From NCBI RefSeq assembly GCF_009914755.1, contig NC_060926.1: DNA of 64,000 bases. One strand, given 5' to 3'. The notes beneath the pieces are model-generated. The model was not told where the DNA came from, ran no database searches, and was given only the letters and a program-made list of their open reading frames with translations. The first letter of the stretch is position 1. Each line of letters opens with the position of its first letter. This document shows positions 1 through 18,030 of this stretch, in pieces. The position numbers were made by a program, and so were the translations under genes. This stretch comes from the human T2T-CHM13v2.0 reference genome, Homo sapiens.

Positions 1-609
1 CTTCAGTTCCAGGATTTCTGTTTGGTTCTTTTTTATATCTCTTTGTTGAATTTCTCATCAAAATCATGAATATTTTTTCTGATTTTATTGAATTATCTTT
101 CTTCTCTTGTATCTTGCTGAGTTTCTTTAAAGTCATCATCTTGAATTTATTTTCAGATGTTTCATAGATTTCCTTTTCTTTGCTATCTGTTACTAGAGAA
201 TTATTGTGTTCCTTTGGAGGTGTCATATTTTCTTACCTTTTTATTTTTCTTGTGACCCTACATTTGTATCTGCTCATTTGGTTGAATAGTCCTAATAATG
301 TCATGAAGTAGATCTTTTAGGAAAAGACTTTTCCCTGTAGATGTGTCCTATACTGTCAGATGGGTAGGATACTTTGGCTTTGATTCTAGATGGTCAATAC
401 AGTGTAGTTTCTATGTGATTTCTCCAGCTATAATCAGCTTCAGCAGTGTCTGAAAATTCTTCAGTGGCCTAGGCTGTGGTTGGTTGTGAAGACTATGAAG
501 CTTTGCTTAGGATGGGAGCACTGAGTGGGCTGGTCCTCAGGCTCCCATGCAGGTCACATATGCACTGAGTGATGGTGGCCAACCAGTCCCCAGGCCCCCA
601 GGCTGGTGC
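1..609 (-). mobile_element. Ancient L1M fragment (ORF1/5'UTR region, antisense)
   Basis: T-rich decayed ORF1-antisense-like sequence grading into GC-richer 5'UTR-like sequence; resemblance only. Confidence 0.55.
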
Positions 610-619
610 CTGTGCTTTT

Positions 620-924
<305 letters not shown>

Positions 925-1624
925 TAAAATTTGATTAATGCCCAGAAACTTTTCCTCTATTTTTTCTTCAAAGAGTAAGTTTTAGATCTCATGTTTAAGT
1001 CTTTCATCCATTTTGAGTCTATTTTCTGCGTATTGAGTAAAATAAGGGCTTTTCTCAAGGAAGTTCTACTAGTCATTTTTTTCAATTGTCATAAAACCTA
1101 ATCTTTTAATTTTAATATACAAACTAGAAATTGAAACAGTTTAAACATATTTCAGACAAATATTTGAAGATAGAGCCAGTATTACCTACAAGAAAAACAA
1201 AAGTATTTAGGGAACAAATATTTGAAGGCTTGAATTAGACACCTTGAGAAATACTTATAACCTTTCATAAATTCTATTGAATCAATGAGCTTTCAGTTCT
1301 GCCCATTTTCTCTATCTTCCAGATTCATGATATTCTGAATCCCTTAACAGATTCTTCAAACTTATTCTGTTCATGAGATTTTCCCTTTCCTCAGCCTCAA
1401 GAAAATTACATTTCTATCTGTATTAAATTACTTTTAATATCTTCTTATAAGATTAATATCTGCTTACTCTGAATTCTGTTACTGAAATATCAGGGGTTCA
1501 GTCTAGATCCTGCTGCTTGCCACACAGAAAGCCAATCACTGGGACAATTCATGTTGCCAAGAAAGAATCCTTTAATCAGGTGCTGCAACCAAGGAGATGG
1601 GAGAACACTGAAATTTATCTCTCT

Positions 1625-2014
1625 TTTAATGGTTAATACTGAATGTCAATTTGATTGGATTGAAGGATGTAAAGTATTACTATTGAGTGTGTCTGTGAGG
1701 GTATTACCAAAGGAGATTAACATTTGAGTCACTGGGCTGGGAAAGGTAGACCCACCCTTAATCTGGGTGGGCACCATCTAATCAGCTGCCAGCCCAACCA
1801 GAATATAAAGCAGGCAGAAAAAACATGAAAAGGCTAGATAGGTTACTCTCCCATCCTACATCTTTCCCCCATGCTGGATGCTTCCTGCTCTTGTACATTG
1901 GACTCCAAGTTCTTCAGCTTTGGAACTTGAACTGGCTTTCTTGCTCCTCAGCTTGCAGATGGCCTATTGTGGGGCCTTGTGATCATGTGAGTTAATAGTA
2001 CTTAATAAACTCCT

Positions 2015-2068
<54 letters not shown>

Positions 2069-2110
2069 ATCTTATTAGTTATGTCCCTCTAGAGAATCCT
2101 GACTGACACA
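1625..2110 (+). mobile_element. MLT2A (HERV-L) solo LTR
   Basis: Resembles MLT2A start (tgtgatggttaatactgagtgtcaac) and end (ctagagaaccctgactaataca); internal AATAAA and (TA)n; paralogous to 58329-58768. Confidence 0.9.
2018..2066. repeat. (TA)n microsatellite inside MLT2A
   Basis: About 24 TA units. Confidence 0.97.
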
Positions 2111-2689
2111 CTCCCTGACTGAGTAAAATTAGGGGTTTATATAGCAGGGAAGAAATGTAACCATGTGTGGGAAAACAGAAATTAGGGAAGGATAAGGAAG
2201 AGGAGCTGGTCAACAGGAAGCAGGTGGTCAGTTAAGCAATCATGAAAGGTGAAGGGTCTGGTGTCTCATGGTCCAGATGCAGAGATCTGGTAAGTTTCAG
2301 TTCTTTGATACCATCTTAGAGGCCTAACAGGTGATTTCCTGAGAAAGGAACTCAAATAAGATAAACATAACTCTTCCAAGTTTCAAGATTGGGAGGGTCC
2401 ATTTCTATGTTTATTCAAAAGAAACCATAAACATCAGTTCTATGGGACAATTGGACCAGTTTCAATTCCAGTAAGTTCTTCTGTAATAACTTACAAATCA
2501 ACAATATTTGGTTTTGCAGAGCAGGAAGGGAATTTGAGATAGCTGTTCCTTTCCTATTTCTCTCTTCCAGAAATACAAAAGGTAGAAATGGCTACCAAGA
2601 TAATCAGGCGCCATCTCCACAATCTGGAATGGGATCCAAACATATACATTTAATAATTTTTTATTGGACTATACGTGTTTTAAATCCCC

Positions 2690-3780
2690 CAAATCTCATG
2701 GGTATATCAGAATAAATTATTAAAATGGAACATAATTTTGTAACCCCAACAAACATAGAGACAGAATATAACCAGTACACAAAGAAATTACTTCTCCCAC
2801 ACACTCTTAATCACTACTTCCTCTGACTTTCTAAAGTCAGAATCCTGACTATTCTGAATTCTAACATCGAAAATTTTTGCCTATTTTTAAATTTTAAATT
2901 AATAAAATTAGACATTTATTCAAATTATATGTATGCATAATTCATCCTTTTTTGGTGTACCTGTAGTTTGTTCATTTAAATTTGTTAGAATAATTGCATT
3001 AAATAAATATCCTACATTCTACTTATCCATTGTACTACTGATGACCCTTTGGGGATGGTTCCAATTTAAGGCTAATCTAGGTAATGCTGCTATGACCTTT
3101 ATGTATTTGTCTTTGGTGCATACTGGAAAGCATTTCTACTGCTAACTACCTAGTAATGAAATTACTGGGTATTATGTTCACATTTATTTTACTTTAGGTA
3201 CTGCCAGAAATATTTCCAAAGGGGCTATACTAATATTCACTCCATCTAGCAGTGTTTGAGACTCCTAGTTTTTCTGCAACACTATCAATATTAAGTATTA
3301 TCAGCCTTTTATATTATAATAATTCAAGGAGGTATTTAATGGTATCTTTTACTGTTTCTAATTTGCATTTTACTCAATTCTCATAATTTTGAGCAGCTTT
3401 GCATGTTTCTTTTTTAGAACATCTTATTCAATCTAGAGTGCCTGTTCAAGTCTTTTGCTCATTTTATTTTTCTTAGAAATTTTCTCTTTTTATTGCTCAT
3501 TTGTAGTTTTTAAAATGAGCTCTGTATAAACATATTGTTATATCTGTTGCAAATGTCTTTTTTCATTCAGAGGCTAATATTCTCAGTGGGGCATTTTAAG
3601 AAATACAAGGTTTTAACTTTAGCTCCAATATATCAATATTGTATTTCCTTGTTGGTGCTTTCTATGTCCTATTTATTATTTCCCTATCCAAAGTTCATAA
3701 AGATAGCTACCTACATTATCCTTTATAACCTTCATTGGCGTTTATGTTCACATTTAGAACTACAATCCACCACCTGAGGT
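2690..3780 (-). mobile_element. Ancient L1ME-type fragment (host of the nested L1s; continues after 13557)
   Basis: Degenerate antisense L1 3' end/ORF2; collinear continuation 'aatatggtctgaggtagc...tatggatatcca' after 13557. Confidence 0.65.
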
Positions 3781-3785
3781 TCTCT

Positions 3786-5647
3786 TTTTTTTTTTTTTTT
3801 TTAAGTTCCAAAGTACATGCAGGATGTGCAGGTTTGTTACACAGGTAAATGTGTGCCATGGTGGTTTGCTGCACCTATGAACCCGTCACCTAGGTATTAA
3901 GCCGAGCATGCATTAGCTCTTTTCCCTAGTGTTCTCCCCACACCGCCCTCTGCTGAGAGGCCCCAGTGTGTGTTGTTCCCCTGCCTGTGTCCATATGTTC
4001 TCATTGTTCAACTCCCACTTATAAATGAGAATATGCGGTGTTTGGTTTTCTGTTCCTGCCTTAGCTTGCTGAGGATAAGGGCTCCTAGCTTCATCCATGT
4101 CCCTCCAAATGAGTGATCTTGTTTCCTTATATGTCTTCATAGTATTCCATGGTGTATATCTACCACATTTTCTTTATCCTATCTATCATTGATGGTCACT
4201 TCTTTTGATTCCATGTCTTTCCTATTGGGACTAGTGCTGCAATGAATGTACATGTGTATGTATCTTTATAATAGAATGATTTATATTCCTTTGGGTATAT
4301 ACCCAGTAATGGGACTGCTGGGTCAAATGGTATTTCTCATTCTAAATCTTTGAGGAATTACCACATTGTCTTCCACAATGGTTGAACTAATTTACATTCC
4401 CACCAACAGTGTAAAAGTGTTCCTATTTCTCCACAACTTCACCAGCAACTTTTGTTTCTTGACCTTATAATAATTACTATTCTGAATGGTATGAGACAGT
4501 ATCTCATTGTGGTTTTGATTTGTATTTCTCTAATGATCAGTGATGTTGAGTATTTTTCATATGTTTGTTGGTCCCATGTATGTCTTTTTTTGAGAAGTGT
4601 CTGTTCATGTCCTTTGCCTGCTTTTTAATGGAATTTTTTCTTTTAACTTTGCTTAAGTTCCTTATAGATTCTGAATATTAGATCTTTGTCAGATGGATAG
4701 ATTGCAAAACTTTTCTCCCATTCTGTAGGTTGTCTGTTCTCTCTGATGATAGTTTATTTTGCTGTGTGGAAGCTATTTAATTTAATTAATCCCATTTGTC
4801 AATTTTTGCTCTTGTTGCAATTACTTTTGGTGATTATATCATAAAATCTTTGCCCTATGTCCTGAATGGTATTACTTAGATTTCTTTTAACGTTTTTATA
4901 GTTTTGTGTTTTACATTTAAGTCTTTAATCCATGTTGAGTTAATTTCTGTATAAGGTGTAAGGAAGGGGTCCAGTTTCAATTTTGTGCATATGCCTCATC
5001 ACCATTTATTAAATAGGAATCCTTTCCCCATTGTTTGTTTTTGTCAGGTTTGTAAAAGATCAGATTGTTGTAGGTGTGTGGTTTTATTTCTGAGTTTTCT
5101 ATTTGGTTTCATTGGCCTATGTGTCTGTTTTTGTACCAGTACCATGCTGTTTTAGTTACTGTCGCCTTGTAGTGTAGTTTGAAGTTGGGTAGTGTGATGC
5201 TTCCAGCTTTGTTTTTTTTTGCTTAGGATTGTCCTGGCTATATGAGCTCCTTTTTGGTTCCATAGAAAATTTAAAATAGTTTTTTTCTAATTCTGTGAAG
5301 AATGTCAGTGGTAGTTTAATGGGAATAGCATTGAATCTATAAATTGCTTTGGGAAGTACCGTCATTTTCATGATATTGATTCTTCCTATCCATGAGCATG
5401 GAATGTTTTTCCATCTGCTTGTGTACTCTCTTATTACCTTGAGCAGTGGTTTGTAGTTCTCCTTGAAGTGGTCGTTCACTTCCCTTGTTAGCTGTATTCT
5501 TAGGTTTTTTATTCTCTTTGTGGCAATTGTGAATGGGAGTTCATTCATTACTTGGCATTCTGTTTATCTGTTGTAGGTGTATAGCAATGCTTGTGATTTC
5601 TGCACATGGATTTTTGTATCCTGAGACTTTGCTGAAGTTACTTATCA
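3786..5647 (-). mobile_element. L1PA8-10-like 3' portion (3'UTR plus ORF2 3' part) of a 5'-inverted insertion
   Basis: Poly-T 3785-3802, antisense L1PA 3'UTR, ORF2 remnant 5156-5548 ([12 protein letters not shown]...[14 protein letters not shown]). Confidence 0.92.
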
Positions 5648-7404
5648 CCCAGATTTATAAAACTAGATCTTAAAGACCTACAAAGAGACTTAGACTCCCA
5701 CACAATAATACTGGGAGACTTTAATACCCCACTGTCCATATTAGACAGATCATTGAGACAGAAAATTAACAAAGATATTCAGGACTTGAACTCAGCTCTG
5801 GACCAAGTGGACCTGATAGAGATCTACAGAACTCTCCACCCAAAAATAACAGAATATACATTTTTTCCTCAGTGCTGCATGACACTTAGTCTAAAATTCA
5901 TCACATAACTGGAAGTAAATCACTCCTCTGCAAATGCAAAAGAACTGAAATCATAACAGTCTCTCAGACCACAGTGCAATCAAATTAGAACTCAGCCTTA
6001 AGAAACTCACTCAAAACCACACAACTACATGGAAATTGAACAGCCTGCTCCTGAAGGAATTCTGGGTAATAATAAAATTAAGGTAGAAATCAATAAGTTC
6101 TTTGAAACCAATGAGAACAAAAAGACAATGTACCAGAATCTCTGGAATGCAGCTAACGCAGTGTTAAGAGGGAAATTTACAGCACTAAATGCCCACATAA
6201 GAAAGCTAGAAAGATCTCAAATCAACACCCTAACATCACAGTTAAAAGAACTGGAGAAGCAAAAGCAAATAAACCCCAGAGCTAGCAGAAGAGAAGAAAT
6301 AACCAAGCTCAGAGCAGAACTGAAGGAGATAGAAAAACAAAACACTCTTTAAAAAATCAACAAATCCAGGAGCTGTTTCTTTGAAAAAATCAATAAAATA
6401 GATAGACCGCTAACTAGACTAATAAGGAAGAAAAGAGAGAAGATTCAAATAAACACAATCAGAAATGATAAAGGGGATAACACCACAGAAATACAAACTA
6501 CCATCAGAGAATACTATAAACACCTCTACACAAATAAACTGGAAAATCTAGAAGAAATGGATACATTCCTGGACACATACACCCTCCCAAGACTGAAGCA
6601 GGAAGAAGTTAATTCCCTGAATAGACCAATAACAAGTTCTGAAATTGAGGAGGTAATAAATAGCCTACCAACCAAAAAAAGCCCAGTTCCAGGTGATTTC
6701 CTGCAGAATTATTCTGGAAATACAAAGAGGAGCTGGTACCATCTCTTCTGAAACTATTTCAAACAATTGAAGAGGACAGATTCCTTCCTAACTCATTCTA
6801 TGAGGCCAGCATCATCCTGATACCAAAACTTGGCAGGGATAACAACAAAAAAAGAAAACTTCAGGCGAATATCCCTGAGGAACATTGATGCAAAAATCTT
6901 TAATAAAACACTGGCAAACCGAATCCAGCAGCACATCAAAAAGCTTATCCACCATGATCAAGTCAGCTTCATCCCCAGGATGCAAGCCTAGTTCAACATA
7001 CACAAATCAATAAATGTAATTCATCACATAACCATAACTAAAGACAAAAACCACATGATTATCTCAATAGATGCAGAAAAGGCCTTCAATAAATTTCAAT
7101 CTCCCTTCATGTTGAGAACTCTCAATAAACTAGGTATGGAAGGAACATACAACAAAATAATGAGCCATTTATGACAAACCCCCAGCCAAAATACTGAATA
7201 AGCAAAAGCTAGAAGCATTCCCCTTGAAAACTGGCACAAGACAAGGATGCCCTCTCTCATCACTCTTATTCAACATAGTATTGGAAGTTCTGGCCAGGGC
7301 AATCAGGCAAAAGAAAGAAATAAAGGTATTCAAATAGGAAGAGAGAAAGTCAAATTGTCTTTGTTTGCAGATGACATGATCCTATATTTAGAAAACCCCA
7401 TCAT
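5646..7404 (+). mobile_element. Inverted segment of the same L1PA (ORF2 EN to RT, disrupted)
   Basis: ORF2 fragments 6029-6352, 6557-6751, 7247- ([15 protein letters not shown]); resumes at 13533-13556. Confidence 0.92.
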
Positions 7405-8313
7405 GGGGGGGGAGGAGCCAAGACGGCCGAATAGGAAGAGCTCCGGTCTACAGCTCCCAGCGTGAGCAACGCAGAAGACGGGTGATTTCTGCATTTCCAT
7501 CTGAGGTACTGGGTTCATCTCACTAGGGAGTGCCAGACAGTGGGCGCAGGCCAGTGGGTGCACGCACCGTGCGCGAGCCGAAGCAGGGCGAGGCATTGCC
7601 TCACCTGGGAAGCGCAAGGGGTCAGGGAGTTCCCTTTCCGAGTCAAAGAAAGGGGTGACGGACGCACCTGGAAAATCGGGTCACTCCCACCCGAATATTG
7701 CGCTTTTCAGACCGGCTTAAAAAACGGCGCACCACGGGACTATATCCCACACCTGGCTCGGAGGGTCCTACGCCCACGGAGTCTCGCTGATTGCTAGCAC
7801 AGCAGTCTGAGATCAAACTGCAAGGCGGCAGCGAGGCTGGGGGAGGGGCGCCCGCCATTGCCCAGGCTTGCTTAGGTAAACGAAGCAGCCGGGAAGCTCG
7901 AACTGGGTGGAGCCCACCACAGCTCAAGGAGGCCTGCCTGCCTCTGTAGGCTCTACCTCTGGGGGCAGGGCACAGACAAACAAAAAGACAGCAGTAACCT
8001 CTGCAGACTTAAATGTCCCTGTCTGACAGCTTTGAAGAGAGCAGTGGTTCTCCCAGCATGCAGCTGGAGATCTGAGAACGGGCAGACTGCCTCCTCAAGT
8101 GGGTCCCTGACCCCTGACCCCCAAGCAGCCTAACTCGGAGGCACCCCCCAGCAGGGGCACACTGACACCTCACACTGCAGGGTATTCCAACAGACCTGCA
8201 GCTGAGGGTCCTGTCTGTTAGAAGGAAAACTAACAAACAGAAAGGACATCCACACCGAAAACCCATCTGTACATCACCATCATCAAAGACCAAAAGTAGA
8301 TAAAACCACAAAG
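7405..8313 (+). promoter_or_regulatory. L1 5'UTR internal sense/antisense Pol II promoter (CpG-rich)
   Basis: CpG-dense L1HS/L1PA2-type 5'UTR; YY1 site reads CAAGACGGCC instead of CAAGATGGCC. Confidence 0.88.
7643..7858 (-). CDS. ORF0: L1 ORF0 (71 aa, antisense)
   Basis: ATG at 7858-7856; MAGAPPPASLPPCSLISDCCASNQRDSVGVGPSEPG...RCVRHPFL matches primate ORF0. Confidence 0.85.
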   Translation of the reverse strand: MAGAPPPASLPPCSLISDCCASNQRDSVGVGPSEPGVGYSPVVRRFLSRSEKRNIRVGVTRFSRCVRHPFL

Positions 8314-9330
8314 ATGGGGAAAAAACAGAACAGAAAAACTGGAAACTCTAAAATGCAGAGCGCCTCTCCTCCTCCAAAGGAACACAGTTCCTCACCAGCA
8401 ACGGAACAAAGCTGGATGGAGAATGATTTTGACGAGCTGAGAGAAGAAGGCTTCAGACGATCAAATTACTCTGAGCTACGGGAGGACATTCAAACCGAAG
8501 GCAAAGAAGTTGAAAACTTTGAAAAAAATTTAGAAGAATGTATAACTAGAATAACCAATACAGAGAAGTGCTTAAAGGAGCTGATGGAGCTGAAAACCAA
8601 GGCTCGAGAACTACGTGAAGAATGCAGAAGCCTCAGGAACCGATGCGATCAACTGGAAGAAAGGGTATCAGCAATGGAAGATGAAATGAATGAAATGAAG
8701 CGAGAAGGGAAGTTTAGAGAAAAAAGAATAAAAAGAAATGAGCAAAGCCTCCAAGAAATATGGGACTATGTGAAAAGACCAAATCTACGTATGATTGATG
8801 TACCTGAAAGTGATGCGGAGAATGGAATCAAGTTGGAAAACACTCTGCAGGATATTATCCAGGAGAACTTCCCCAATCTAGCAAGGCAGGCCAACGTTCA
8901 GAATCAGGAAATACAGAGGACGCCACAAAGATACTCCTCGAGAAGAGCAACTCCAAGACACATAATTGTCAGATTCACCAAAGTTGAAATGAAGGAAAAA
9001 ATGTTAAGGGCAGCCAGAGAGAAAGGTTGGGTTACCCTCAAAGGGAAGCCCATCAGACTAACAGCGGATCTCTCGGCAGAAACCCTACAAGCCAGAAGAG
9101 AATGGGGGCCAATATTCAACATTCTTAAAGAAAAGAATTTTCAACCGAGAATTTCATATCCAGCCAAACTAAGCTTCATAAGTGAAGGAGAAATAAAATA
9201 CTTTACAGACAAGCAAATGCTGAGAGATTTTGTCACCACCAAGCCTGCCCTGAAAGAGCTCCTGAAGGAAGCGCTAAACATGGAAAGGAACAACCGGTAC
9301 CAGCCGCTGCAAAATCATGCCAAAATGTAA
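8314..9330 (+). CDS. ORF1: L1 ORF1p RNA-binding chaperone, full length 338 aa
   Basis: MGKKQNRKTGNSK..., coiled coil, REKG, ARR and YPAKLS motifs present. Confidence 0.97.
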   Translation: MGKKQNRKTGNSKMQSASPPPKEHSSSPATEQSWMENDFDELREEGFRRSNYSELREDIQTEGKEVENFEKNLEECITRITNTEKCLKELMELKTKARELREECRSLRNRCDQLEERVSAMEDEMNEMKREGKFREKRIKRNEQSLQEIWDYVKRPNLRMIDVPESDAENGIKLENTLQDIIQENFPNLARQANVQNQEIQRTPQRYSSRRATPRHIIVRFTKVEMKEKMLRAAREKGWVTLKGKPIRLTADLSAETLQARREWGPIFNILKEKNFQPRISYPAKLSFISEGEIKYFTDKQMLRDFVTTKPALKELLKEALNMERNNRYQPLQNHAKM

Positions 9331-9366
9331 AGACCATCGAGACTAGGAAGAAACTGCATCAACTAA

Positions 9367-13221
<3,855 letters not shown>

Positions 13222-13556
13222 ACAATGAGATCACCTGGACACATGAAGGGGAATACCACACTCTGGGGACTGTGGTGGGGTGGGGGGAGGGGGGAGGGAT
13301 AGCATTGGGAGATATACCTAAGGCTAGATGACGAGTTAGTGGGTGCAGCGCACCAGCATGGCACATGTATACCTATGTAACTAACCTGCACAATGTGCAC
13401 GTGTACCCTAAAACTTAAAGTACAAAACAAAACAAAACAATAATGTGTCAGACATGATACAAGATGATTTAAATAAAAGACCTCTTTAAATATCAAAAAA
13501 AAAAAAAAAAAAAAAAAAGAAAACCCCATCATCTCAGCCCAAAAGCTTCTTAAGCT

Positions 13557-14860
<1,304 letters not shown>

Positions 14861-14869
14861 TTTAAAACT

Positions 14870-17800
14870 CTTTTTTTTAGTTTTTTTGAGGTATAATTGA
14901 CAAAATTGAATGAATTTAAACTGTACAACATTATGATTTGATTTATATATTGTGTAATGATTACCATGATCAAACTAATTAGCACATCTATTACCTCACC
15001 TACTTGCTATTTTGTTGTTATTTGGTGAGACCATTTAAGATTTACTTTCTTACCGACTTTCAAGTATACAATATAGTGTTATTAACCATAGTCACAATAC
15101 TTTGCCTTAGATCCCCTGAACTTATTCATCTTATAACCAAAAGTTTCTACCTTTGATGAACATTTCACCATTTTCCCCGGCCCAGCTACTAGCAACCACC
15201 ATTCAACTACGTTTCGACGAGTTCCACTTCTTTTAGACATAAATGAGATAATACGGTATTTGTCTTTCTCTAACTTACTTCACTTAGTATAATGGCCTCA
15301 AGTTTTATCCATGTATTCACAAGTGGCAAAATTCCCTGCTGTTTTTAAGACATAATATTCCATTGTATACACTAACCCGACCCCCCCCACACACATTTAT
15401 TTATTTATTTTTTTCTTTATTCACCTATGAATGGACGTTAAGGTTGATTCCACATCTTGGCTATTGTGAATAATGCTGCAATGAACCTGGGAATACAGCT
15501 ATCTCTTCAGCATAATGATTTTTTTTTCTAATATATACCCAGAAGCGAGATTACTAAATCATATGGTAGTTCTATTTTTAATTTTTTTGAATAACTTCTA
15601 TACAGTTTTCCACAACGGCTATAGTAATTTACATTCCATTCCCTCCAACAGTGCACAAAGTTTCCTTTAATCTCCATCTTCACAACACTTGTTATCTCCC
15701 ATCTTTTTTATAATAGTCATCCAAAAATGTGTAAGTGGTATCTTACTGTGGTTTTGAATTATATTTTCCTGACGATTCGTGACCTTGAGCCTTTTTTCTT
15801 GTACCTGTTGGACATTTGTATTTCTTCTTTGGAAAAATGTCTATTCAAGTCCTTTGCCAATTTTTTAATCAGATTATTTGTTTTTTTGTTTTTGTTGTTT
15901 TGGTTGCTGTTGTTCCTTTTGCTATTGAGTTTTATGAGTCCTTATATGTTCTGGATATTAATTCTTTATTAGGTATATGGTTTTAAAATACTTTCTTCCA
16001 TGCCGTGGGTTGTGTTTTTACTTTGTTGGTTGTTTCTTTTGCTATGCAGACTCTTTTTACTTTGATGCTAGCCCACATATTTATTTTTGTTTTTGTTGAC
16101 TGTACTTTTGGTATCATTCCCAAAAAGTAATTACCAATACCAATGTCGAAGAGGTTTTTATTCTATAATTTTTAAGAAGTTTTAAGGTTCAGATCTTACA
16201 TTTACATCTTTGATTCATTTTAAGGTAATTTTTGTGAATAATGCAAGATAGGAGTTTAATTATATTCTTTTGCATGTGGATATCCAGGTTTTCTACCACC
16301 ATTTATTTAAGAGCTTTTTCTTTCTCTTTTGTATATTCTTAGTACCCTTATCAAATATTAGTGTACTGCATATGTATGGGTTTTTTTATAGACACTTCAT
16401 TCTGTTTCATTGGCCTATGTGTCTGCTTTATGCTAGTATCATACCATTTTGACTACACTACCTTTGTAATACATTTTGAAAGCAGGAAGTGCAATGCCTC
16501 CAGCTTTGTTCTTTTTTCTCAAGACTGCTTTGGCTATTTGGGAACTGTTGTGGATCCTAATAAATGTAAGCTTTTTTGTTTCTATAAAAATACCATTTAA
16601 ATTGTAATAAGGATTACATTGAATCTATAGATTACTTGGTAATCTACAGATTACTTTAATTTTATAGACATTTTAACAATATTAATTCTTCCAAGCAGTA
16701 AACACATTATGTTATTACATTTGTGTCTTCTTTTGTTTTGTTAATCAATGTCTTATAGTTTTCAATGTGCAGATCTTTTACTTCCTTAGATTTGTTTCTA
16801 ACTATTTTATGTATTTTTGATGCTCTGGCAAATGAATTGATTCTGTTCTATTTTTCAGAGAGTTCATTGTTAGTGTAGACAAACACAACTAATTGCTGTG
16901 TGTTAATTTTGTATCCTGCAATTTTATTGCATTTGTTTATTAGTTCTAACAGTTTTTGATGGAGTCTTCAAAGTTTTCTATTTATATGGTCATGTCATCT
17001 ACAAATAAAGAAAATTTCACTTCTTCATTTACTATAGGGATGTTTCTACCTTTTTCTATTGCCTAATTGCTTTGGATAGGACATCCAGAACTGTGTTGAA
17101 GAGGAGTGGTGAGAGTGGGCATCACTGTATTATTCCAGATAAAAGAGGAAAAGCGTTAATATTTTTACCATTGAATATGATTTTAGCTGTAGGCTTGTCA
17201 TATATGGTTTTATTATACATGTTGAGGTACATTCCTTCTATATCCAATTTGTTGAGAAAGTTTATCATGACAAGATTTTAAATTCTGTCAAATGCTTTTT
17301 CTTCATCTATTGAAATGATCATATGATTTTTATCCTTCATTTTCTTAATATGGTGTATCATATTTATTGACTTGCATATTTTGAACTAGGCTTCCATACC
17401 AGAGACAAATCTCATTTGATCTGGTGTGTGATCATTTGAATGTGCTGTTAAATTCAAATTGCTAGTATTTTGTTCAGAATTTTTGTAATTAAATTCATCA
17501 GGGATATTGGTCTGCAGTTTTCTCATGGTGTCCTTATCTGGGTTTCGTATAAGGGTAAATCATGGCCTTGTATAATTATTTTAGATATCTTCCCTTCTCT
17601 TCAATTTTTTGGGAGAGTTTGAGAATGATTGGCATGAGTTCTTCTTTAAATGTTTGGTAGAATTCACCAAAAAAGCTATTTGGTCCTGGGCTTTTCTCTT
17701 TGGGAAGTTTTTGATTACTGATACAGTATCATTACTCAGAATTGGTCTGGTCAGATTTTATTTCTTCATGATTCAGTCCTTGTAGGTTGCATATTACTAG

Positions 17801-18030
17801 ATATTTATCCTTTTTCCTAGATTATACAATTTCTTGGCATATAATTGTTAATAGTAGTCTTTTTATGATTCTTTGTATATCTGTGGTGTACACTGTAATG
17901 TTTATTCTTTCATTTATAATTTTATTGATTGGAGTCCTCTCTTTTTGGTTAGTATAGCTAAAGACTTGTCAACTCTATTTATCTTTTCACAAAACCAACT
18001 CTTTATTTCATTTTTTTTCTATTTTTCTCC
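14870..18030 (-). mobile_element. L1MA-type element, 5'-truncated
   Basis: T-run, then L1MA-like 3'UTR (gaggtataattgacaaaa...) and about 2.5 kb of decayed antisense ORF2. Confidence 0.82.

Larger units (their letters stand above)
1477..2464 (-). mobile_element. Solo ERV LTR (LTR47-like), split by MLT2A
   Basis: TG...CA termini (tgttactg...gtttca); 4-bp TSD attc at 1473-1476 and 2465-2468; the two halves join across 1625-2110. Family name from memory. Confidence 0.7.

Noticed and set aside
2933-3777. Short hydrophobic ORFs (70 and 80 aa)
   Set aside because: T-rich antisense L1 remnants; no domain or splice support
7247-7465. Chimeric ORF joining old-L1 RT (FADD) to the young L1 5'UTR
   Set aside because: By-product of the insertion junction; upstream frame is broken
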